DNA of 63,698 bases, counting the filler, from Octopus bimaculoides (taxonomy: Eukaryota), in the NCBI RefSeq assembly GCF_001194135.2. It is 4 parts of 4 records of this genome, joined end to end, with 100 filler letters (N's around TTAATTAATTAA, not from the genome) between each part and the next. Parts side by side here need not be neighbours in the genome. Positions count along the whole stretch, not along the records: positions 1 to 22,771 come from NC_068981.1; positions 22,872 to 46,778 come from NC_068987.1; 2 more parts are not named here. One strand, written 5' to 3'. A program made the translations under genes and the position numbers. Shown here one piece after another: positions 22,701-36,249 of the stretch. Position 1 is the first letter of the stretch, and each line of letters starts with the position of its first letter. The notes beneath the pieces were generated by a model, which saw only the letters and a list, made by a program, of their open reading frames with translations, searched no databases and had not been told where the DNA came from.

Positions 22701-24559
22701 AGTGTGAGAATGTGAGTGTATGTGAGCGTCTGTGTGTACGTGTGCATTTGTGTGCGTTTGTAGATCGGAAGNNNNNNNNNNNNNNNNNNNNNNNNNNNNN
22801 NNNNNNNNNNNNNNNTTAATTAATTAANNNNNNNNNNNNNNNNNNNNNNNNNNNNNNNNNNNNNNNNNNNNTATATATATATATATACACATATATATAT
22901 ATACAAAACGAATACATTCAACTTAAGGCAGACAATGCATGCAATAGGACGTTAAAGGCTTTCATTTATCTAGTCTCGTCCATCCTCAGTTAATGGCTGT
23001 GTATCACAGGAGTTGGAGAGAGAAAAAAACATCTCCATCATCATCAGCAACTAGGACATCTGAAGTGCACCTTCAATTTGAAAGGTAACTTTACAATATG
23101 CTGTGTGCTTGGTGCACAAATAAGGAAATTGAAGACAAATTAGAATAAATGATGATATGAATACTATGAACTTTCTCGTAATGTCGGCTTAATGTGAAAA
23201 TTCCTGTTTGGATGTTTCTATGTTGTTTGTGTTACATGCATTTTTGTCTCTCGATCTCCATACTTCTATAAGTTTGTGTATGTGTGCGTTTGTGCATCTA
23301 AACGTGTGCATGTGTTTGTACATGTGTATACTTGAGTGAATGAGTGTTTAAATAACTGGATGTGGATGCATGTTTGTAAAGGGACAGAAAGAGGGGTGAG
23401 AAAGTGAAAGAAAGTGTTAAAGAGGAAAGTGGGGTTAGTTACCCAGACAGATAACATGTATGTGTATATATGTGTGCGTGTAATAAAGCTAGACATGTAT
23501 AACAGTGTATGTATGCATGTGTGTTTGTGTGTGTGGATGCGTATAAGTATGTGTTACGTGCGTGTGTGCGCGTGTTTCAGTATTCCCACATGTATGTGAA
23601 AGAAAAATTTATGAAAAAAATTGAGAGAAACAGAGATAAAATGTCGCTAGATAGTCAAAGGTCAATGTGTATGTATACAGAAAAGAGAATAAGAGAGAGC
23701 GAGAGAGAGAGAGAGAGCGGGAGAGAGAGACAGAGAGAGAGAGAGAGAAAGAGAGAGGACGAAAGAGACAGGGTGAGAGAGAGGGAAAGAGAGAGGGAGA
23801 GAGAGAGAGAGTGAGAGAAATCGAGAGCGGTAAAGCATGTTGGCGCTATATGTTTAGAAGTATTTCTCTATTTCTAAATCTGTGTATTCAAGNNNNNNNN
23901 NNNNNNNNNNNNNNNNNNNNNNNNNNNNNNNNNNNNNNNNNNNNNNNNNNNNNNNNNNNNNNNNNNNNNNNNNNNNNNNNNNNNNNNNNNNNNNNNNNNN
24001 NNNNNNNNNNNNNNNNNNNNNNNNNNNNNNNNNNNNNNNNNNNNNNNNNNNNNNNNNNNNNNNNNNNNNNNNNNNNNNNNNNNNNNNNNNNNNNNNNNNN
24101 NNNNNNNNNNNNNNNNNNNNNNNNNNNNNNNNNNNNNNNNNNNNNNNNNNNNNNNNNNNNNNNNNNNNNNNNNNNNNNNNNNNNNNNNNNNNNNNNNNNN
24201 NNNNNNNNNNNNNNNNNNNNNNNNNNNNNNNNNNNNNNNNNNNNNNNNNNNNNNNNNNNNNNNNNNNNNNNNNNNNNNNNNNNNNNNNNNNNNNNNNNNN
24301 NNNNNNNNNNNNNNNNNNNNNNNNNNNNNNNNNNNNNNNNNNNNNNNNNNNNNNNNNNNNNNNNNNNNNNNNNNNNNNNNNNNNNNNNNNNNNNNNNNNN
24401 NNNNNNNNNNNNNNNNNNNNNNNNNNNNNNNNNNNNNNNNNNNNNNNNNNNNNNNNNNNNNNNNNNNNNNNNNNNNNNNNNNNNNNNNNNNNNNNNNNNN
24501 NNNNNNNNNNNNNNNNNNNNNNNNNNNNNNNNNNNNNNNNNNNNNNNNNNNNNNNNNNN

Positions 24560-24591
<32 letters not shown>

Positions 24592-25649
24592 GTGTGTGTG
24601 TGTGTGTGTGTGCCTGTGTAAAGTAGGGGAGTGTAATCTGTTTGATTATTTCTCCTAGATTTCTGTTTTGGCTCTGTTACGTTTGTTCTTGTTCTTGTCT
24701 GTGCACCCCCCCGCTTCGTTCCCCAGCCACCCTCTAAATACATCTTGACAATGATAGATGATGGTTACAGTGTGTGACAGATAAAGTTGGATCATTTCGT
24801 CGCTAACGCCACCTTTCTCATCAACACTACCGCCATCTCCACACGTTACTTGCCAGCTCTCATTCGAACGTCGAGCACTGTGGCAAAAGTAATATTGAAG
24901 TTGTGTTAGTTTATTTCTGTGTGTATGTCTGCGTTTTTTCCTTTCTTTTTTTTTTTTACCTCACAGCTTATTTCTTTCTTATTTCTTAGCTGACTTTTTT
25001 TTTTCTTTTGCTGATTCTGTGTTGTTGTTTCTATTGTTGTTGCGGTTGTTTGTGGTTGGTGATTGTGTTCTTCCTGGTACTGGCCATTGAGACGGTTGTG
25101 GTATTATTGGTAGTCGTGGTATTCTATAGGTTGTCATTGCAGCGGCTCGGGATGCTATAGAAGTTGTGTATACATATATACATATACACAGACACATATA
25201 TATGCACCCCCCCCCACACACACNNNNNNNNNNTATACATATATACATATACACAGACACATATATATGCACCCCCCCCCACACACACACAAACATATGT
25301 ATATTATAGTCAACAATATTTATATATATTTTCTGCATTTATTACTTCAGGTATTTCTCAGAAAATGAGACAGTTTGTGAGAAACAAGGCGATGAATAAG
25401 AACTATGAGCGAAAAGTAGATGGTGATCATGAGACAGTGTGGAGAGAAAGTCTGGGATAGAGAGATGGTGGAAAATAGATAGAGGGTCGGGGTAGAGAGA
25501 GATTTGTGTGTGGGGAAATATAAAAGTAATTTATAATATTGCGATTAAATTGTTTCTTCTTTTTTTATTCTGCGCGTACTTTCAATTCTACTACACATTT
25601 AACTAATAACTGTGTTAGACATATACACACATTCAGATACTGCCAACCA

Positions 25650-25715
<66 letters not shown>

Positions 25716-25891
25716 CGTACACACAAAAAGAAGAACAACGGCAACAATAATTACAATTACTTGTTCGCACGTCATACTTTTGCATACTATGGTGTGCTTC
25801 TATTTGTAACCGTATATTTATATGCTTATATGTAACTGAAACTGAAAGTTACAAAGAACGTAAACACTTGCACACACAGACATATACAGAG

Positions 25892-25936
<45 letters not shown>

Positions 25937-26147
25937 GACAGACAAACAGAGAGAAAGGGAGTGAGAGGGAGAGAGTAAGATAGCGTTACAATGAAAGAAG
26001 GCAGCGAAACAGAAGAACCTTTAATCAAGCATAGAAATGAGACAGACCGACCTACTGATTAACAGATAAATAATACACACATGTTCATACAAAGTCCTGT
26101 GTGTGTACATGTCTGATCTCTGCGTACGTGAACACACCTACAGACGC

Positions 26148-26221
<74 letters not shown>

Positions 26222-26632
26222 ACGCATTACATAAATGTATCGATATATAAAGATAGACGCAAATGGCAGAATTCCTACAGAATCATCAAACGTTAGGACA
26301 GGTGCCACATGCGTAACCTTTCCAAGTCATATCTTCTATCTTTGGTGTTGACACTGTATCGTTTATGTTTTCCCACTAACCAAGAAACGAAACAATATTC
26401 TGAGAAAGATTATAAATGGCGTTTATCGCAGACTGATTATAGATTAAGTCTTAATCGCTGCGTAATCAATTCTTTGGGACGAAGGTCACATCTGTGTCAA
26501 ACTGGCAAAGTCGGATTTCATTATCCGTTGATCTGCCCTTGACGGCTCTGTATTTTCCTTCTTTTCCACATATTTTCTCGTTATCTCTCTTGATTTATTC
26601 ATCCTGTACTTCTCTTTATCTGTTTTCGCTCG

Positions 26633-26717
<85 letters not shown>

Positions 26718-27203
26718 TATATATATATATATATATATGTACATCTCACAAATACATTTCCTCTTTCCCTGTTTAATATATCGCTATCTTAAGTGAGATA
26801 TTAGTTGAAGACCTCAGGGATAATATGTTGGATATTGAATTTTTCTAAGAGACACCTCACCAATTAGATTTACCCATGAACTGAAATAATTTCTACTGTC
26901 AGAATGAATAATTGAGGTCTAAACATTTGATCAGAACAGTGATATGCCATCCTTCATTAAAACAAAAAAAATCAAACTAAAAACATATCTTTGTCTGCCT
27001 TAACGTTTCTTCAATATTGCGGTTTTCTTTTGTTTCTAGAGTGATTATGACGTACATATATGTTCCTGGAGTACTTTGCTTCGAATGAATTCCACCTCAG
27101 AACTCTTAAGTTGAAAGCACAATGATATATGAAATTTCTCCAATGCAATTCCTAATTACCCCATTGAAGCACTGACACAGGAAAAAATCATCCAACTTTA
27201 CCA

Positions 27204-27245
<42 letters not shown>

Positions 27246-27764
27246 ANNNNNNNNNNNNNNNNNNNNNNNNNNNNNNNNNNNNNNNNNNNNNNNNNNNNNN
27301 NNNNNNNNNNNNNNNNNNNNNNNNNNNNNNNNNNNNNNNNNNNNNNNNNNNNNNNNNNNNNNNNNNNNNNNNNNNNNNNNNNNNNNNNNATATATATATA
27401 TATATATACAATCATTACAATCTATGCGTTCTATGTATGTGCACAACAATAGTAAAGATTTAACAATACTATGGCTTTGACAGGGCTATGCACAACCTGT
27501 TGGTTTCGGATTCGCTGCTACAGTGCGCTCAATCAGTGTCTGTATCTCTTGAAGTTGTCATTTCTTTATTTAAGGTGGTAGTGTGAGATCTGAGAGAGGG
27601 AGACCGTTAGGAATGTCCAGTAGGCTTGGTTGACTAATACATTGCGATGAACAGTCGTATATGGGTGTGTGTGTAAGCACAGCAAAAAGTAAATGCAAAC
27701 AACAGAAATTAAAAATGCAGTAAATGTAAAAGTGACATTCACAGCTAATATTGATAGACCAACG

Positions 27765-27980
27765 TAAGGCAGTGAGCTGCAGAATCGTGATGAAGCCGGT
27801 CAAAATTATTAGCGGTATTTCGCCAGTCTCTATACTCTGAGCTCAAATACCACCGAGGCCGGATGTGCCTTTCATCCATCCAAGGTCCATAAAATAACTA
27901 TCAGTTGAATACTGGGGTTAATTTTATCGACTTACCCCTAACCCGAAATTGCTGGCCTTGTACAAAAATTTGAAAACTAA
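27765..27980 (+). mobile_element. SINE family B
   Basis: AAGGCAGTGAGCTGCAGAATCG head and GAAATTGCTGGCCTTGTACAAAAATTTGAAA tail. Confidence 0.85.
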
Positions 27981-28215
27981 TGGAAAGTGCAAAACTTATA
28001 ACGTTTCGGACATAGTCCTTTACATTCCAGAAGAATATCCGTATGAAACAGAGAAAGGAAGGGACAGATGAAATAAAAAAAAAGAGAAGCATGTAGAACG
28101 CATATAAATTAGGTTCACATGTTTGAGCTTGAGTGTGCGTACATATATACATACATGTTTGAGCGGTGTGTGCATAAATACATATGTACATACATACCTA
28201 TGTATATCTATTTCT

Positions 28216-28602
28216 GTGGAGGCGCAATGGCCCAGTGGTTAGGGCAGCGGACTCGCAGTCATAGGATCGCGGTTTCGATTCCCAGACCGGGCTTTGTGAG
28301 TGTTTATTGAGCGAAAACACCTAAAGTTCCACGAGGTTCCGGCAGGAGATGGTGACGAACCCTGCTGTACTCTTTCACCACAACTTTCTCTCACTCTTAC
28401 TTCCTGTTTCTGTTGTGCCTGTAATTCAAAGGGCCAGCCTTGTCACACTGTGTCACGCTGAATATCCCCGAGAACTACGTTAAAGATACACGTGTCTGTG
28501 GAGTGCTCAGCCACTTGCACGTTAATTTCACTAGCAGGTTGTTCCGTTGATCGGATTAACTGGAACCCTCGATGTCGTAAGCGACTGAGTGCCAACACCA
28601 AC
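28216..28602 (+). mobile_element. SINE family R, second full-length copy
   Basis: Collinear and highly similar to 14386-14773; TCG anticodon-like position in GGACTCGCAG. Confidence 0.95.
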
Positions 28603-28669
28603 ATTATGTATACATGTATATATGCATAGGTATGCATATGCATGTATATGGGAGAATATACAAATAATA

Positions 28670-28850
28670 ACAACAGACGAGGACATGTGGTGTAAATAAC
28701 AAAAGTATATATTAGTATGACGCTCGGGAATACGGAAAGTCTTTGACGTTTCGAGCTACGCTCTTCAACAGAAAGAATACGGAGACAAGGAGAAAAACAC
28801 GGAGAAAAAAAATTGAATAGTGTTCAGTCAACGGTCAATCATAATAATCA
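28670..28850 (-). mobile_element. Penelope-like terminal-repeat fragment carrying a minimal hammerhead motif
   Basis: Minus 28776-28740 reads TCTTT-CTGTTGA-A-GAGC-GTA-GCTC-GAAAC-GTC-AAAGA. Homologous to 36250-36420. Confidence 0.65.
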
Positions 28851-29980
28851 TGTATACTTATATATGTATATATGTGTGTGTGTTTGTGTGTATTGTATGC
28901 GTATATGTATATATGCGTGTGTTTGTATATATTTTTGTTTACTCCGAACGATGAAAGCAGTGCTGTTTATATTGTACCTGTTTATGGTCTTGTAACTTGA
29001 CATTTCGACACACAAAATCTGATAAACTAGTTAGCAGACTGAAATGCTGAAATGTGTACAAGGCCAATCCAATCGATTAAAACTTTCAAATCAGTCAACC
29101 AGTACGCCGACACGACAATAACTGAAACCAGTGAAAAATAAAGGAAGATTCCAAGAAGGTGTAAAGATGAATCATATTTATAAACATCTCACTTAAATAA
29201 TCCATAATACTAATAAAGTGCTATTATTAATTTGATTTTGTTCAAGTCATAATAGTTTCCGACCATTTGTGCTCCCCAGATTGCCTACATATTGTCTTGC
29301 CGATAAGAATTTGAAAGTATTTGTTTATGAAATTCCGTTGCTAAGTAAATTTATTTCAAATTAGCTAAGCTCCTTCAACCTCACATTCAACCAGATTTCA
29401 TTACATTTGAGCTATCTTCTTAATTGTCTTTTAAGATAATTAATAACATTATTCTTGCTCAGAAATGTCGTAATTTTAGCTATATTTTACTTCACCTCCT
29501 CTTCGTCTCAATCAACATAAGGACAACCACCATCAACGACACAAATATAAAAGCACCATTATGAACAACAACATCAAGTTAACCACCACAAAACCTTTCC
29601 ACTACCATCACTGCAGCCGCCTCCGCCATCCACGTCACCACCACCACCTCCATTGCCGGTGTCATTTTCTTAAGCTCCATAACATTTTGCGCAAGTACTT
29701 CTACGCATGATTTCTTTGCTAGTTTTGTATGTGATTCTGTCAATCTCTGCCTGTGTCTTTGTCTCTCTTTCTCTCGTTTTGTGTGTGTGTATGTGTGTGT
29801 GTGTGTGTGTGTGTACATATTCATATGTGTATGTATACATATTCAAGTCTGTGTATTTTTGTTTTCTTTTTGTTTTTACGTGTAAATTTATGAGTTTCTT
29901 AGAGTAAATTAGCTAATAAAAGACAATTCTAGTATTCGTATTGGCAAAGTGAATTAATAAAGTCAGATATTTCACATCAG

Positions 29981-30085
29981 GGACACGCATATTAATACTA
30001 ATACAAATAAAGATTTTAATGCAGAAAATGATAACGCAGGTAGTGGAGATGCTGAAGTGCAACAGAATTTGAGCAGTATTTCAAG
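29981..30085 (+). CDS. Candidate symmetric 105-bp coding exon of an unknown gene
   Basis: Acceptor TTTCACATCAG, open frame DTHINTNTNKDFNAENDNAGSGDAEVQQNLSSIS, donor AAG|GTAAAT, phase 2-2. No homology recognised. Confidence 0.25.
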
Positions 30086-31304
30086 GTAAATGAATTCGTT
30101 AATATATATTGATGCTTTTGCACTGGCGTAAACGTATTAGTTTTAATGCAATAACGCAGCGTTCTTACTTTAGTTGTATTGTAATAACTGCGAATGGTTT
30201 CCTGTAAGTTAGTGCGATTTCTGAAATTGTTAAAATCACCACACTACTCCGCATACAGTCAGCCATTTTTGACGTTTCCATGGTTATATTTCAAATAGCT
30301 ACATGCATGAAACCATATTCAATGTATTAAACATAATCAAGTGAAGGAATTTTATTGGTAATATATTTATCCTTGTTATTACAACGTGTGTGTATTTGTA
30401 AGTTCATAATGAAATAGAAGACAATTTTTAGATAGCTGGTGAATAAACGGTATTTATTTTGCCTTGCTGCAAAATGTTCAAATTCGTGTTTCATTAATAT
30501 ATCACAGTATTAGATAAACGGAAGATGCAAGTGTCGTCGTCAGATTCAGTCTGACTTACACAATGAAAAGTTCTGCTCTCGGCAACGTGTATGTAAACGA
30601 AATTTATAATTGCCTGAATTTTATTAAGTACTTATCAGGTACAAGCTCAGTCGATATTTATGAGATTTGAATTTGAGACATTGAAATATGACATAATATT
30701 GTAAATATTTACACTGGTATTCTTGCACTGTGTCCATCATCAAAATACTTTACTTTCAATAGCAGAGACCATTTAATTGTACCAGCGATACCTTTAGACG
30801 CCAGAACTAACTTATTCGCCTTGTGTAACTACAGTGGAATTGTCGATAATTTTTATGCATACAGAGTTGGTTACCGTTTTTTTTTTGTTTTTTTTTCTAG
30901 AAACAGAAAATGCTAATATTTGCTTCTACACAGCATGAAAATAGCTATCAAATTGGTATAAATTTCAGTAGAATGCAACAGCTAAGAGAGAAATAAAGAG
31001 TGTTGCGGCTTTCAACCCATAGTAAAGGATATTCAAGAACACGTGAAATGAAATAGCTAACCCGAGAATGGAAGCTGGACCGAAACATTCAATTCGTTTT
31101 GAGCCTCCGTTTTGTTATTAGTTATTACTAATTACATTATTATAGATTGTCAACTATATCATTATGTAATTCAGGTCGTAAAAGTGTTGCATAACCACGG
31201 TGATTGAGCACATTTCTAACTGATGGAAATTAATGTTTCATATATGAATAAATGAATGAATAATGTGACAATTACAGACATTTATTAAGTCATAAGCAAT
31301 GGTT

Positions 31305-31450
31305 ATCCGTCAGTTCTGACGATGAGTATTCTGTTATTCGATCACCTGAACTAAAATTTCATTGAATTAGCGTGTCAGTATCTGAAAATCTTATAGGGGC
31401 GTTTACCCTTAACATAATTCTCATGTACAATCAGCCATGTGCAGTGGAAT
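31305..31450 (-). mobile_element. Very old copy of the family R 3' domain
   Basis: CCGTCAGTTCTGACGATGAG..GAATTAGCGTG..TACCCTTAACATAATTCTC aligns by eye to the reverse complement of 14630-14760. Confidence 0.55.
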
Positions 31451-31644
31451 ATACTTAAAGGTTTAAATTTGAGGTACTAATATTATGATTGGTTTTCGCA
31501 GATTCCATTTACTCCAATTCACTCAAAGGCTTGCGCAAAACCGAGGTTATAGCAAATCACAAGTAACCCAAATGTCACAGATTGGTATTGAAGCCAGGAC
31601 TATATGATTGCTTCTTGCAGAGCAAGATTAGAATAAATATATAT

Positions 31645-32318
31645 GTATTTCGTTATTGCCCACAGGGGGCTAAACATAGAACGGACAAACAAGGACAGGC
31701 AAAGGGATGAAGTCCATTACATCGACCCTAATGCGTAACTCGTATTTATTTAATCGACCCCGAAAGGATGAAAGGCAAAGTCGACCTCGGCGGAATTTGA
31801 ACTCAGAACGCAACGGCAGACGAAATACCGCTAAGTATTTCGCACGGCGTGCTAACGATTCTTTTCTACTCTAGGCACAAGGCCCGAAATTTTGGGGGAG
31901 GGGCCAGCCGATTAGATCGACCCCAGTACTCAACTGGTACATAATTTATCGACCCCGAAAGGATGAGAGGCTGACTCGATCTCGGCGGAATTTGAACTCA
32001 GAACGTAACGGCAGAGAATTACCGCCAAGCATTGCGCCCGGCGTGTTAACGATTCTGCCAGTTCGCTGCCCTTAGAACAAATATATTTATTTCTTTATTG
32101 CCCACAGGGGGCTAAACATAGAGGGAACAAGCAAGGACAGACAAAGGGATTAAGTCGATTACATCGACCCCAGTGCGTAACTGGTGCTTATTTAATCGAC
32201 CCCGAAAGATGAAAGGCAAAGTCGACCTCGGTGGAATTTGAACCCAGAAAGTAACAGCTGATGAAATACCGCTAGGTATTTCGCCCGGTGTGCTAACGAT
32301 TCTACCAGCTCGCAGCCC
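31645..32318 (-). mobile_element. Three tandem family B SINEs (31645-31860, 31861-32071, 32087-32318)
   Basis: Three complete central domains GAAAGGATGAAAGGCAAAGTCGACCTCGGCGGAATTTGAACTCAG (or variants), with two tail types. Confidence 0.95.
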
Positions 32319-32450
32319 TTACAATAAATATATTAACTACGTAATTACTAGATAAGTAAGGTAAGAATTATTATTCTTTTTTGCTGTTTTACATATCAAT
32401 AGATAAATCTATTTATCCATCTATCTATCTATCTATCTATCCATCTATCC

Positions 32451-32508
<58 letters not shown>

Positions 32509-33857
32509 GTATGTATCTATCTATCTATCTATCGATCTATCTGTTTAACTGCTGTCCCATAATATGTGTGTGATGTGTGTATATGTGCATACACAGAGAA
32601 ACATTCGCACACCAATACACACACAAGAGTATATCTTGGTAAATTACATTTCATATTGCGCTCCAATAAACTTCCTTCTCAAAATTTCTCAGGGCTTTTT
32701 TTCCTTTTGATATTCTTTAAATTCTTATAAGAAAAAAATGTTGTTTCGGAACAAAGAAACAACGTTCCTCTGCTGGAATTGCAGATAACGTTAATGGCGA
32801 GGTGTCTTTGATATTGGACTTGCATATTGCCACTTTTCCATCATTGTATTTTGTATGTATGTATGTATGCATGCATGCATGGACGGATGTTTTGTGAATG
32901 AGCTAAATATTCTCTTCTACTTTCTTCAAAGTCCATTTTCCTTCTTCCTTTTTCACTCGCAATACAAAATACGAGCATGTGTTTGGAAAGACTGCAAAAA
33001 CTTTATTTACATGGCTGTTTCTAAACTACTTGACAGAATCCAGCCTTCAATTTTCATCATCAATCACCTTTCCTTACTTTACGTGACTACTTCTCACAGC
33101 CAATGCACCTTTCAGTCTTGCTATACACACACTTCTGTTTTCTTTTTCTCTGAATACACGCCTTTCACTTCCTTTTCGCTATAAGATTTCAAATAACTTT
33201 CACAAACAGACGCATATTTTCTTTCTTATACACACACAACTATACACACAGTCCCATCAAGTCCTTCGTTTAAACCCTCCAAAATACGTGAAGCACGCAC
33301 ATCCTGTAGCTATAGGTAAACGAGTCAGGCAGGTTTAACCAGCTGTAACGAAGCATGCAATCGGCCTACGACGATGGATTGCATGTGGGAGAGAGATAAG
33401 TGGTCAGACTGCTGCATTTGTAAGCATGTGTGTATGTTTGATTATTGGTTGCGGTTGTGGTGGTAGTAATCGTCATGGTGATACTGGTGGTGGTGGTGGT
33501 TGTGGTGGTGGTGGTGACACTGGAGAATATTTGAGCATGTGTATTTCTTTGTTTTGTTTACACTGTTGTGTAGCCTAAGTTGTGTGTCTTTTTGATTGCG
33601 TTTGTTACGATGTTATGGATATCGGTTGTTTCATGTGTGAATTTCCAAGTTAAACGATTCTAGAGATGCTTGTCCAGTGTGTACGTGTGCATGTGTGTGT
33701 TCGCATGCAAGTAATAGATTTGTAAGCAGGCCTAGAAATGATAGCTGTGGAGTTGTATATTGGCCTACCGTGCGAATAATTATACATGCACATTTCATTT
33801 TTAAGTGTGCCTGTTTTAAATAAGTGAGATGTCGTTTCACATGTATTTATTCATATA

Positions 33858-33898
<41 letters not shown>

Positions 33899-35157
33899 TC
33901 GTGTGTTTGTGTGCGTGCGTATCCGTATTTGTATCAAAAGACTAGATAATTATATGCTTAATGAAGAAGTAATGTCTGTGCGCCAGTGTGCATTGGCTTA
34001 TGTATGTTTTAACATATATGTGTATATGTGTGTGTGTGTGTGTGTATGTGTGTGTGTTTGTGAGGGCAGTAATGTTATGTTTGCTGTGTAGCAGCAAGTT
34101 GGTTCATTCAAGAACGCCTATGATCAAAGGTGTCCTAGCAGTGACCATCGATTTTCTCAAAAATATAGTGTATCTAAGACAATTTAATCTCATGTATCCA
34201 TCAACATTTTGATAAATTTGAGCACGATTTGGCTACCATTTCTAGCTGCTCAAGCTCGTAGAGATAGTAGTCAAATCACGTAAGCCACTTTAATAGGATA
34301 TGCGTTAATTTGTTCTATGAGAGGTATTGGTTGGTTAGAACGTGGACAATATATAGTCTTTCTTGTACTATTTAAAATCACCGCTACTTTTAAGTTGCAA
34401 TGTTTTCTGCGAGATTCAAAATCCACAGTCCATATATGTATATAAATATATATTTCTCGTTAGGAAGAACCGACATTGCATGAACTTCAGATTGATATCG
34501 AAGTCGCCCATAGAAAATAATGGGGCCGAAACAATTTTTTAGGTTTATTTCCTGATTTCAAAAGTATTGACAATAATCAGCAACTGGTTGTTTCTTGGAG
34601 AAACTGTTCATAAACTTTACAGATGATATATAACATAATGAAAACTTGTCTAGAAAGGGTGGAAAGAATCATGGACATAACTTAAACAAAATATAATACA
34701 CACACTATAGTGACCAGAGTGCGATTTCTCAAACAAATAATAAAACATTTATTCTCTTATGAATGGATATCATGACTTTACTTGCATAAATTTGGTCTGT
34801 TCAGAATCAAAGAACAGAACAGAATGTAAATCGTCCATCTTTCAGTAAACCATGAATTCAAGTAATACAAAGGTTCGGATTTCTCGAAACGAAAAGAAAG
34901 AAACATTATATTAAATCATAAATATTTTATAATATAATCTAAATATAGACCCTACTTATACTCTAAGAGAAATTATATTGAAATGATTATTTGTATAATG
35001 TAGCAAATTAAGAACAATATGAAGTTAAAAGAACTGAAATGATTCTTATTTAACGATACATCTGATTGATTAATGCAATAAATATCATACGGGATATCAT
35101 ATGTGTTTTAACTACTCCAGATACTTAAGTTAGTTATTCGAAAATCATTGCATTATT

Positions 35158-35355
35158 TTAGCGGTAAGTAGGCGGTAAGCTGACAAGATCAATAGCGCGG
35201 GCAAAATGCATATCGGCATTTCGTCCGTCTACACGTTTGCCGTTCATCCTTTCGGGGTCGATAATAATTGTACCAGCTGAGCACTGGGATCGATGTAATT
35301 GACTTTTTCCTTCCACCGAACTTTCTAGCCTTGTGCCCAAATTATGAAATCATTA
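35158..35355 (+). mobile_element. SINE family B with an internal deletion
   Basis: GGCGGTAAGCTGACAAGATC head and CCGTTCATCCTTTCGGGGTCGATAA. Confidence 0.8.
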
Positions 35356-36093
35356 TAAGATATTTAGAGCATTCAGCACAATGATGAGCTCCTAATATTG
35401 AATGGATCCCCATTGTCTTTACCTTATTATTTGCACAATTTACCCCCCTCAAACTGTATAGGGTACGTGTGGAATATGTAGAAAGTAGAATAAGAAGATT
35501 AATTCAATTGTATTTACCATCTGGTTCAGTAGAACTTACTTTCTATAGCTCTACGGTTGCCAAATTAAGCAATAACAATGCACTAAGATTAAATTCTTCG
35601 ATTACACTAAATAAATACTATGCTAAAGCGAGAAAACAAATCTACTTATACACGGGAAGGCACACAGACATATATAAAAACGTATATATTTATTTTATGT
35701 GTGTATGTGTGGCATATAGTTTCCTATCGTCAATGCTTGAATAATATCACAAAATGTGTCTGTGACATATTTCAAATAGGGAGGCATCATGCTTTGATGA
35801 TTGCAACAATGCTTATATTTGTAGTCGCTTCAGCGTGTGTATATGCGAGTAGATGTGTGCATAGGTGCCTTTGTAATTTTTTGTATGATACTTTCAAGGC
35901 ACAACAAAATTGCTCTTGCATAATACAAGCCATCTTTTTGGTGAAATGACGTGGCGTCTCGTGAGCATTAAAAATATACGTGGAAATCAGTGAAAAGAAG
36001 TCGGTAGGAGATGAAACACTGAGAATCAAGAGACAGTAAGGATAGAAAATGAGCTTGCAGGGAGAAAATAATAAATACTGATTATGTGTATTC

Positions 36094-36162
<69 letters not shown>

Positions 36163-36249
36163 CCTATCTATCTATCTACCCATGTATGTGCTGTGTTTGT
36201 GTGTGTGTGTGTCTGTGTGCGTGCGCGAGCGTGTATAGTTAAAATTTAT

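Noticed and set aside
22762-22771. AGATCGGAAG at a contig end
   Set aside because: This is the start of the Illumina adapter, directly abutting a gap; untrimmed adapter.
22816-22827. TTAATTAATTAA islands inside N-runs (also 46823-46834 and 62174-62185)
   Set aside because: Each is flanked by exactly 44 N on both sides (100 bp total) and gives stops in all six frames: a synthetic scaffolding spacer, not biology.
24960-25170. ORF 24979-25338 and donor GAG|GTAAAA
   Set aside because: Built from AAC/CA repeats across an assembly gap; the donor alone is insufficient.
25170-25290. About 50-bp direct repeat across a 10-N gap
   Set aside because: Typical unmerged contig overlap.
31315-31345. Hammerhead-like CTGACGA..stem
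   Set aside because: GAAA is missing (GATC instead) and the sequence is explained as a decayed SINE R domain.
31628-32333. CRISPR-like repeat-spacer appearance (also 62793-63295)
   Set aside because: Eukaryotic context, the spacers are homologous SINE units or repeats, and there are no cas genes.
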